DNA of 5,433 nucleotides, taken from the IMG/VR virus record IMGVR_UViG_2531839486_000011; one strand, 5' to 3'. Of this stretch, positions 1 to 5,217 are shown in pieces. Below the pieces are notes generated by a model. It was not told where the DNA came from, ran no database searches, and saw nothing but the letters and a program-made list of their open reading frames with translations. Position 1 is the stretch's first letter. Every line of letters starts with the position of its first letter. Made by a program: the position numbers and the translations under genes. The DNA is from a virus (taxonomy: Duplodnaviria; Heunggongvirae; Uroviricota; Caudoviricetes).

Positions 1-324
1 TCCGCTTGTACAACCCGTAACTGCGGCGCGTACAGCAAGTGTTTGTGCGGCAAGTATGCCAAACCAGTCGGCGGCATTCCGCAGCCGCTTCAGGAGAGCC
101 ACGTCAGATAATGTTGCAACGTCATGGAGCTGAGCCCATGCAGTGACTTCACGTAATGACATCCCCCCGGGGCCGTAAGCCAGCCCCAGACGTAGCAGAG
201 TTGCAGCATCACGAATTTCGCGGCGGCGGGTTAGAGCCCCGGCATTACGTGCCGAAGTATCCAGTTCTTCGGGCTTACCAATATGGGCCAGAATTGCTGA
301 CCAGTTATCGTGAGAGTAATTCAT
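1..324 (-). CDS. insL: IS186 transposase InsL, N-terminal 108 codons (gene runs off the left edge)
   Basis: Minus-strand translation from the ATG at 324-322 gives MNYSHDNWSAILAHIGKPEELDTSARNAGALTRRREIRDAATLLRLGLAYGPGGMSLREVTAWAQLHDVATLSDVALLKRLRNAADWFGILAAQTLAVRAAVTGCTSG, matching my recollection of InsL. It is absent from the ORF track because the window edge truncates it. Confidence 0.85.
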   Translation of the reverse strand, partial: MNYSHDNWSAILAHIGKPEELDTSARNAGALTRRREIRDAATLLRLGLAYGPGGMSLREVTAWAQLHDVATLSDVALLKRLRNAADWFGILAAQTLAVRAAVTGCTSG

Positions 325-379
325 CGGCACGTTAAATCATATCAGGCGTAATACCACAACCCTTAAGTTAGCGCTTATG
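1..379 (-). mobile_element. IS186 (IS4 family) insertion sequence, terminal portion; the element continues beyond the window start
   Basis: The reverse complement of 330-379 reads CATAAGCGCTAACTTAAGGGTTGTGGTATTACGCC..., which I recognise as the IS186 terminal inverted repeat. The transposase start lies 55 bp inside the end. Sequence character changes abruptly at 379/380. The other end is off-window, so the target duplication cannot be confirmed. Confidence 0.85.
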
Positions 380-401
380 GGATTCTCCCCCGCCTGGTCT
401 C

Positions 402-557
402 TTACTCCTCAGGTTCGTAAGCTGTGAAGACAGCGACCTCCGTCTGGCCGGTTCGGATTCGTACCTCGCAGAGGTCTTTCCTCGTTACCAGTGCCGTCAC
501 TATGACGGTTAAACAGATGACGATCAGGGCGATTAACATCGCCTTTTGCTGCTTCAT
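402..557 (-). CDS. hokD: Hok/Gef family type I toxin, 51 aa (small membrane-depolarising peptide)
   Basis: The internal ATG at 557-555 of the 70-aa track ORF gives MKQQKAMLIALIVICLTVIVTALVTRKDLCEVRIRTGQTEVAVFTAYEPEE: one hydrophobic helix followed by the conserved TRKDLCE...EVAVF...AYE core of Hok/Gef/RelF. SD AAGGAG lies 9 nt upstream. Assignment to the hokD/relF subtype rather than hokC is from memory and less certain than the family call. Confidence 0.85.
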   Translation of the reverse strand: MKQQKAMLIALIVICLTVIVTALVTRKDLCEVRIRTGQTEVAVFTAYEPEE

Positions 558-614
558 AGCCTGCTTCTCCTTGCCTTTCGGCACGTAAGAGGCTAACCTA
601 GATTTGCCGTTCAT
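402..614 (-). CDS. Mok-like regulatory reading frame (in-frame N-terminal extension of hok, 70 aa)
   Basis: The track ORF 402..614 shares frame and stop with hok and starts 57 nt upstream (ATG at 614-612, SD-like TGAGG upstream). Chromosomal hok loci have such a mok frame that couples hok translation. Whether it is translated here cannot be judged from sequence. Confidence 0.45.
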   Translation of the reverse strand: MNGKSRLASYVPKGKEKQAMKQQKAMLIALIVICLTVIVTALVTRKDLCEVRIRTGQTEVAVFTAYEPEE

Positions 615-660
615 AGATTGAGCCTCAGATTAATGTTAAGCGTCTTGCAGGACGCGTAAT
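606..660 (+). ncRNA. Putative Sok-like antisense RNA opposite the mok start (coordinates approximate, placed by analogy)
   Basis: Hok loci carry a short antisense RNA complementary to the mok translation-initiation region. A possible + strand promoter is TTGCCT (571-576), 17-bp spacer, TAACCT (594-599), which would start transcription near 606. This is positional inference only. Confidence 0.2.
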
Positions 661-1070
661 GTTAACTGGGGCTTTTCTCTATCTGCCTTTGGTGTTCATG
701 CCTGAGACAGATAGCCTCAAGCACCCGCAGCCATTCTACTTAACTCCCGTTACCTCGCCAATATAAAATCAATCAGAAAGGCGATCCATAAGAACAACAG
801 CAAGACAATAAATTGCCATTACAGCTGCAATAGCCAGCGCACATTTGAGAACCAGCACGACAACCTCCTGTATTGGACGTACACCAGTCCTGATAAATAT
901 GAGGCTGTCTCATCATTGATGAGATACAACTATTGGGTATAGTTTCTGTGATTTTGTTCTGTAGAAATGGAACACAACAACCAGTCACCACCAGCACTTC
1001 TTTAAATACGCCAAGTCCGACGCAAGCTAACCTTCTAGTCCGCTTTGAGCGAAAAGCAGACTGTCACGCG

Positions 1071-1175
1071 TTGAAGTTAATTGTATTACTTAGATAAACA
1101 CTATCATTTTCCTGACGTTAAGTTGTATCTTTGATAGGATTAAAAAACGTATAGATAGCTTATGCTACTGAGGGA
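1071..1175 (+). promoter_or_regulatory. AT-rich upstream region of the 1182-1991 gene with Shine-Dalgarno GAGGGA (1170-1175); promoter hexamers not resolved
   Basis: Several sigma70-like hexamers are present (TTGAAG 1071-1076, TTGTAT 1081-1086 and 1123-1128, TTGATA 1131-1136, TATCAT 1102-1107, TATAGA 1150-1155), but no pair has ideal spacing. The SD sits 6-7 nt before the ATG at 1182. Confidence 0.3.
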
Positions 1176-1181
1176 ATAAAA

Positions 1182-1991
1182 ATGACGAAAATTAGTGAAC
1201 GATGGAAGCACAATGGCATTACTGAAGGTTATTGCAATATTTGTGGGAAATATGGCTTTCTCACAAAAGATCATGTTCCTCCAAAGTGCGCCATAACCTT
1301 AGGCCCTGTTTTGCAGAAAACAGTTAGCGAATTTTTTGGTATTCAGGAACCAGTTAAACCATTAAATGCTAAAAATGGCTCTTATTTCAGAACCATTTGC
1401 AGCCACTGTAACAATAAGGTATTAGGTGGGCTCGATGTTGCAATTGAAAATGTAACAAAGTCCTTTAAAGAACAGTTAAGTCGATATATGAATGGTATGA
1501 ATGTATATCCATTCATTAGAATACCTTTTGATAGCATATCTTTCACTAAGGCTATGATTGGGCACGTGCTATCAGCAACTTCAGTTGAAGATTGTAAAAA
1601 AGAACCCGTAGATAGCCCCTTCTATACACCTTTAAAGGATTATGTTTTGGGTAAAAATTCAAGTTTTGAGGAAACTCATGATATTTACTACTGGTTTTAC
1701 CCACACAGAATGCACATATCCGCTCAAAGTGTAGCATTTATGAACGAAGGACATGTGGCATTTATTTGTGCTTTACATTTTTTTCCTATCGGTTTTATTA
1801 TCACAATGAAAAATGAAGGAACATACCCTGCCCACTCTACAAAATTAGAACTTGAAGATAAATTCCTTACATTTAATATGACCTCTATAAATTATGAGTA
1901 TACGACATTTCCATTTGTAAATCTTAAGGGAAACCAAATGTATGCGATAAGCAACGGTCATACTTGTGTGAGTTATCCAATAATTAAGTGA
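1182..1991 (+). CDS. Hypothetical 269-aa protein with N-terminal HNH-like (His-Me finger, zinc-ribbon) nuclease motif; AT-rich, probably horizontally acquired
   Basis: Long ORF with a good RBS. The protein has C18-x2-C21, D31-H32 (TKDHVPPK), Asn candidates at 62/65 and C73-x2-C76-N77 (CSHCNN), the order expected for a zinc-stabilised HNH fold, although the DH to second CxxC spacing (40 aa) is longer than typical. The C-terminal ~190 aa are unrecognised. Hand-sampled G+C is about 35 percent against about 50-55 percent in flanking genes (not computed over the whole gene). Confidence 0.75.
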   Translation: MTKISERWKHNGITEGYCNICGKYGFLTKDHVPPKCAITLGPVLQKTVSEFFGIQEPVKPLNAKNGSYFRTICSHCNNKVLGGLDVAIENVTKSFKEQLSRYMNGMNVYPFIRIPFDSISFTKAMIGHVLSATSVEDCKKEPVDSPFYTPLKDYVLGKNSSFEETHDIYYWFYPHRMHISAQSVAFMNEGHVAFICALHFFPIGFIITMKNEGTYPAHSTKLELEDKFLTFNMTSINYEYTTFPFVNLKGNQMYAISNGHTCVSYPIIK

Positions 1992-2044
1992 CGGCTAAAT
2001 CATACAATCTACGCATGTTCACTTTCTACATATACCATCTATAA

Positions 2045-2070
2045 TGTCCGCTGTTGGCACAAAGCGGACA
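2045..2070. terminator. Stem-loop between convergent genes (8-bp stem TGTCCGCT/AGCGGACA, 10-nt loop); possible weak bidirectional terminator
   Basis: Perfect 8-bp inverted repeat at 2045-2052 and 2063-2070. On the minus-strand transcript it is followed by UUAUAGAU; on the + strand it is not followed by a U-run. It lies between the stop of the + gene (1991) and the stop of the minus gene (2138). Confidence 0.3.
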
Positions 2071-2137
2071 ACCACGCTAGCTCTACCCTGTGCCACAAAA
2101 TGTCAATTTGCATCTGAACTAATGCACTTTAATCTCG

Positions 2138-2560
2138 TCACTTCAATAAATACCGAACATCACCCTGATAAAACGACAATATGCGCTGCATAACTTCACT
2201 CTTCCGGCACTCGCGACAGATTATGTTCTGACGCCTGTCGTAGCGACGTATTTCTCCGTCAGGTAATGACCAGATAAGGTCCGGATCAACCGCAGATGGT
2301 TTCTTCAGCTTTGCCCTTGAGAGCTTTTTACGGGCATTTTGCCAGTCCTTACGCGCCTGTTCAGACGGGAATAACCCGTAACCAGAGTTGTATACATCGC
2401 CGCTGGCAACCAGTTCTCTTGCGAGAACGCTCATCAGATATCTTGTCGCACCTGTCTTGACTTCCAGTTGCCGTAACGTCTCACGCCCACTCTGGCGTAC
2501 GAGTTCAACAACCTGTCCTTTAATTTTTTCCCGCTCTTCTTGTGTAAAAACTTTTGCCAC
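2138..2560 (-). CDS. Hypothetical phage protein, 140 aa, in the position of the second replication gene (helicase-loader slot); GTG start
   Basis: Track ORF 2138..2560. The start codon is GTG (reverse complement of 2558-2560) preceded by a strong SD AGGAGG 4 nt upstream. It is basic and has a C-terminal CRECRK motif. No family recognised; it does not resemble lambda P or DnaC-type loaders. Confidence 0.7.
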   Translation of the reverse strand: MAKVFTQEEREKIKGQVVELVRQSGRETLRQLEVKTGATRYLMSVLARELVASGDVYNSGYGLFPSEQARKDWQNARKKLSRAKLKKPSAVDPDLIWSLPDGEIRRYDRRQNIICRECRKSEVMQRILSFYQGDVRYLLK

Positions 2561-2600
2561 AAGCCCTCCTGAAAATTACCTCATGACCAGAAATTAACAC

Positions 2601-3671
2601 TTACCCCCTGAAGCCCGGCGGAATTTCGTTATCCGGTTCAGAAATATGATTCACACAACGCTGGTTGTTCGTGCCGCTTACCGGGAGCAACCAGGGGTTC
2701 TCAAAATTCCGGTCCGGTCCAAAAAACGTCGTCGCTCGCTGAACAAATTCCGTTCCCGTTTTCCCGGTAGCCGCCAAGTATCTTGCGTAACGCCTCACGC
2801 CATCCAGCATGGCTTCTGGTGGCACCCCCTCGCGTAATCTGGCCTTCCAGGCACTGAAAGCGGATTTCTTCGGGTTTGCTCCGGCACGCAACGGGTACTC
2901 CCGCCAGACCTGTTCGAACACATCCGGATAATCCACTCGTCCCACAGACTGCCCGGTGTTTTCCGGGACTACCCGATCGGCTTCCCGCTGAATGGCGGAA
3001 TCGGCTTCGGGCTGCTGCAGTTGGTGTGATTGCTCCGGCCTTGCGGTCATCACCTGCTGCACAGCGCCCGAATCGGCTTTCAGCGCATACGCTGAATCGG
3101 CTTCCGGTGTCGTGCCTGCTGGCTGACCAAGATTGACGGTCTGAACATCCCCTGCCTGGTTCGTGGCGTTTTTTACGCCATGGACCATAGTGTTTTGATC
3201 TTCTTGATCTGTATCTTTATCTGTATCTTTATCTGTCGTGACTCGTCGTGACATGTGCGTGACATTTCGTGACGCGCCGTGACAATCGCCATTTTGTTCC
3301 CGCTTTCTTTCCCTCTCTCGCTGCGCCCTCTTGCGCTCTGCAGGAGATTTTGCGGTTTGCGAAATATTGCCGTTGTCCTCTTTAAGCACCTGGCGTTTTT
3401 CCCATCCAGTGATTAAATCACCATCAAGTACCCGCCCCTGCATCGTCTGCAAAATTGAATCAATTACCTCTTCTGTCACGTCGAGCGCACTTGCCAAATC
3501 TTCTGTCGTGACATCAATGTGACCTCGCGTGACATTTCGTGACGCGCTCACCAGGAGGTGGATATACACTGCCATCACTGTTGCAATTGGCTGCCCTGAC
3601 ACTCTGGCAATTGTTCGCCACTTAGGGTCATTTGGCATGTCATGCCATAATCTGAGCCAGGCGTTAGCCAT
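2601..3671 (-). CDS. Putative phage replication initiator / replisome organiser (O-like position), about 356 aa
   Basis: Track ORF 2601..3677 begins at a GTG. The ATG two codons in (3671-3669) has a better SD (GAGG about 5 nt upstream), so I place the start at 3671. It is the third gene of the cro-side operon. The coding sequence contains iteron-like phased repeats and encodes a low-complexity acidic linker (TDKDTDKDTDQEDQ) between two domains, as in lambda O with ori inside the gene. Domain identity itself was not recognised with certainty. Confidence 0.7.
   Translation of the reverse strand: MANAWLRLWHDMPNDPKWRTIARVSGQPIATVMAVYIHLLVSASRNVTRGHIDVTTEDLASALDVTEEVIDSILQTMQGRVLDGDLITGWEKRQVLKEDNGNISQTAKSPAERKRAQRERERKREQNGDCHGASRNVTHMSRRVTTDKDTDKDTDQEDQNTMVHGVKNATNQAGDVQTVNLGQPAGTTPEADSAYALKADSGAVQQVMTARPEQSHQLQQPEADSAIQREADRVVPENTGQSVGRVDYPDVFEQVWREYPLRAGANPKKSAFSAWKARLREGVPPEAMLDGVRRYARYLAATGKTGTEFVQRATTFFGPDRNFENPWLLPVSGTNNQRCVNHISEPDNEIPPGFRG
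3207..3284. repeat. Repeat cluster 1 inside the replication gene: 12-bp tandem ATCTGTATCTTT (about 2.5 copies, 3207-3236) followed by five CGTGAC motifs at 10-11 bp phasing (3237, 3247, 3258, 3268, 3278)
   Basis: Read directly from the sequence. Spacings of 10, 11, 10 and 10 bp equal one helical turn. Candidate origin iterons. Confidence 0.5.
3475..3547. repeat. Repeat cluster 2 inside the replication gene: (C/T)GTGAC motifs at 3507, 3518, 3528, 3538 (10-11 bp phasing) plus an inverted copy GTCACG at 3475-3480
   Basis: Read directly from the sequence. Includes a 21-bp exact direct repeat of cluster 1: GCGTGACATTTCGTGACGCGC at 3257-3277 and 3527-3547. Confidence 0.5.
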
Positions 3672-3741
3672 ACTCACCTCTTCTGATACCGAATCTTTTA
3701 CTCACGAGTTGCCGGAAGCGATTCGATATGGCTATTATCAC

Positions 3742-4167
3742 TCAATGCACTGCCACAGCATTTCCTGCCGGGCCACCACGGTTCATCTGATTGAAACCGG
3801 CGATTGCCACTGCGACAAAATCATCAGCGTCTCTCACCAGTCGCTCCCGCGTCTCCACCAGCTCCCGAAAATAAGCTGAACTGTGGCTGCGCATTCTGGC
3901 CACCAGCAAAGGTGGCATTGCCTTTTCGATCGCTGGTAACAACGCCTGAATTTTTTCAACTGCATCAGGGGTGTCTTTCTCTACCCAGCGGAAAATTTTC
4001 TGGGTATTGCGAGCCAGGGCTTCCGGATGGCTGTCGTCATACAGTTCTGGGAACGTCATACCCAGTTCAAAATAAGCCCTGGTTATTTCAGCTGCCGGAA
4101 CTTTTTCACCGTCCGGATGCGCCCAGGCATTCATCGCCATGCGGATGTGTTCATGCTTGATTTTCAT
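3742..4167 (-). CDS. ydaT: YdaT-like protein (CII-position protein / toxic component of the Rac-type YdaS-YdaT module), 141 aa
   Basis: Track ORF with ATG at 4167-4165 and SD AGGAG 8 nt upstream. The N-terminus MKIKHEHIR and the size match my recollection of Rac YdaT. It is the second gene after the Cro-like gene and overlaps its stop by 17 nt. Confidence 0.7.
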   Translation of the reverse strand: MKIKHEHIRMAMNAWAHPDGEKVPAAEITRAYFELGMTFPELYDDSHPEALARNTQKIFRWVEKDTPDAVEKIQALLPAIEKAMPPLLVARMRSHSSAYFRELVETRERLVRDADDFVAVAIAGFNQMNRGGPAGNAVAVH

Positions 4168-4432
4168 GAATCAAGCTCCTAGAAAGTGGTTGTGTTAACG
4201 TTTTGGTATCTTCCAGCTCGGGCCAAATATTCATCCAATCAAAAGGCCTTAGTTGCTGACGTGTAACTTCACCATTACTGGCTCGCTCAATAAGGACACA
4301 TAACGATGCCCCTAACACTTGACCTTTACTCAATGCCTTTCTTAGATAACCGATGCTGGTACCACACTCGCATGCAAACATACGCTGTTCATCTGACGAA
4401 AGAGAATTGAGAAATATTCTTAATTCTTCCAT
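4151..4432 (-). CDS. ydaS: Cro/YdaS-like small DNA-binding protein, 93 aa
   Basis: Track ORF with ATG at 4432-4430 and SD AAGGAG 6 nt upstream. It is the first gene of the operon divergent from the repressor. The motif ...IERASNGEVTRQQLRPFDW...WPEL resembles the YdaS/Cro-like family (recalled, not searched). Confidence 0.7.
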   Translation of the reverse strand: MEELRIFLNSLSSDEQRMFACECGTSIGYLRKALSKGQVLGASLCVLIERASNGEVTRQQLRPFDWMNIWPELEDTKTLTQPLSRSLIHENQA

Positions 4433-4532
4433 AGCTACTCCTTAGTAAACACAGTAAAGAATACCCACAGGTAAACAAAAGTCAATACCCACAGGTTGTT
4501 TACCTTGCGGTAATCGCATCTATTATTTACCT
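4433..4532. promoter_or_regulatory. Divergent promoter/operator region between the Cro-like gene and the repressor gene, with two operator-like sites TACCCACAGGTA (4462-4473) and TACCCACAGGTT (4486-4497)
   Basis: Minus-strand candidate promoter: -35 TTGACT (4485-4480), 16-bp spacer, -10 TATTCT (4463-4458). Plus-strand candidate: -10 TATTAT (4521-4526) placing +1 at about the repressor ATG (4533), with no SD, so a leaderless mRNA as for lambda cI from PRM; its -35 is weak. The two sites are 24 bp apart and overlap the promoter elements. Confidence 0.45.
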
Positions 4533-4952
4533 ATGGACAAATATGAATTTAGACGACAGCAACTCATCAAAATTCGTGATGAGAAATGCGATGGTAAAGC
4601 GGTTAACGTGGCCAGAAAGATCGGGCGCGAGCCTTCTTATGTATCAAGAATGTTGTACCCAGAGGGGAAAAAGGGAAAAAAACGGATCGCTGATGATATG
4701 GTGGAGATTATCGAAGAGTCCTTTGGGTTACCCCGGGGATGGATGGATGGTATCGTTTCATCATCAACGAACACAGCCTCCAGTTATGAAACAAGGGTTC
4801 TAACGCCACGACAACGTATTTTTTTAGATCTCTTAGACGAACTGCCAGAAAGTGAAGCGGATAACTTATTAAAAACTCTTGAAGAGAAAAAACAGTATTA
4901 CAATATGATCTACGAAGAAATCCGTAAAAAGAAAGCACAAAACGCATCATAG
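4533..4952 (+). CDS. Prophage repressor-like HTH DNA-binding protein, 139 aa (cI/RacR functional position)
   Basis: Track ORF with ATG at 4533 and no SD (consistent with a leaderless transcript). Probable helix-turn-helix around GKAVNVARKIGREPSYVSRML. It is divergent from the Cro-like operon. No peptidase S24 motif was recognised. Confidence 0.7.
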   Translation: MDKYEFRRQQLIKIRDEKCDGKAVNVARKIGREPSYVSRMLYPEGKKGKKRIADDMVEIIEESFGLPRGWMDGIVSSSTNTASSYETRVLTPRQRIFLDLLDELPESEADNLLKTLEEKKQYYNMIYEEIRKKKAQNAS

Positions 4953-4994
4953 CTCACCAAACAACTAGTCACCAGTTAAGACACCGCAAAAAGT

Positions 4995-5035
4995 TACCCA
5001 TGGGTATTTACTTTTTAAATACCTATGGGTATCCT
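4995..5035 (+). promoter_or_regulatory. OL/PL-like region: perfect 12-bp palindrome TACCCATGGGTA (4995-5006) and near-copy TACCTATGGGTA (5020-5031) flanking a candidate promoter (-35 TTTACT 5007-5012, -10 TATCCT 5030-5035)
   Basis: Palindromes read directly from the sequence. They share the TACCCA...GGTA half-sites of the two sites in the divergent region, with a similar 25-bp centre spacing. Located downstream of the repressor gene and upstream of the small + strand genes. Confidence 0.45.
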
Positions 5036-5217
5036 TCTTTTCATACCAACCCACCCCGCCCCACAGAATGCAGGGCAATACTTCGAGTTACCAGGCAGTG
5101 GTCAGGGGTTAAGTAGCCAGCCCGAGGCGTAAGAACATGACGGCAGGGTTCAACTTTAATAACTATGCAGCAGGTTTTTGTTCCGCTACCCCGGCGTTAA
5201 GGGGAAATGAGGTCAGC

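Noticed and set aside
411-421. tRNA-like T-arm motif (GGTTCG) that could mark an att site near the prophage edge
   Set aside because: It lies inside the hok coding sequence and has no surrounding cloverleaf-compatible structure; no tRNA gene is evident in the window.
773-997. 74-aa Cys-rich ORF on the minus strand
   Set aside because: Low-complexity Cys/Ser-rich translation, no RBS, sitting in an otherwise non-coding stretch; probably spurious, though kept as part of the finding on 615-1180 in case it proves conserved.
1552-1737. Minus-strand 61-aa ORF inside the AT-rich gene
   Set aside because: It lies entirely within the 269-aa + strand ORF, which has a strong RBS and a recognisable motif; it is an antisense frame artefact.
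1182-1991. Septu PtuB-type assignment for the HNH-like protein
   Set aside because: PtuB-type HNH nucleases work with an adjacent AAA ATPase (PtuA) and no ATPase gene is present on either side; an orphan or different system is more likely. This is not excluded without a profile search.
2388-2597. Plus-strand 69-aa ORF overlapping the 140-aa minus-strand gene
   Set aside because: It is antisense to a gene with a strong SD, with Ser/Thr/Pro-rich composition and no RBS.
3207-3547. Possibility that the short direct repeats are a CRISPR array
   Set aside because: Repeat units are only 6-12 bp with 10-11 bp phasing, lie inside a continuous protein-coding frame, and there are no regular 28-37 bp repeats with unique spacers.
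2646-4160. Plus-strand ORFs 2646-2837, 2876-3136, 3331-3522, 3529-3879 and 3804-4160, all antisense to the minus-strand replication and YdaT-like genes
   Set aside because: They fully overlap longer, better-supported minus-strand genes with proper RBSs, encode Pro/Arg/Ser-rich low-complexity peptides typical of antisense frames in GC-rich DNA, and lack start context.
4543-4950. ORFs 4543-4803 (+) and 4708-4950 (-) overlapping the repressor gene
   Set aside because: They are alternative-frame or antisense overlaps of the 139-aa ORF, which has an HTH and sits correctly in a divergent operator arrangement.
5137-5217. Use of the upstream ATG at 5137 as the true start of the small protein
   Set aside because: The internal start has the better SD and gives the family-typical 51-aa length; the extension is retained only as an alternative.
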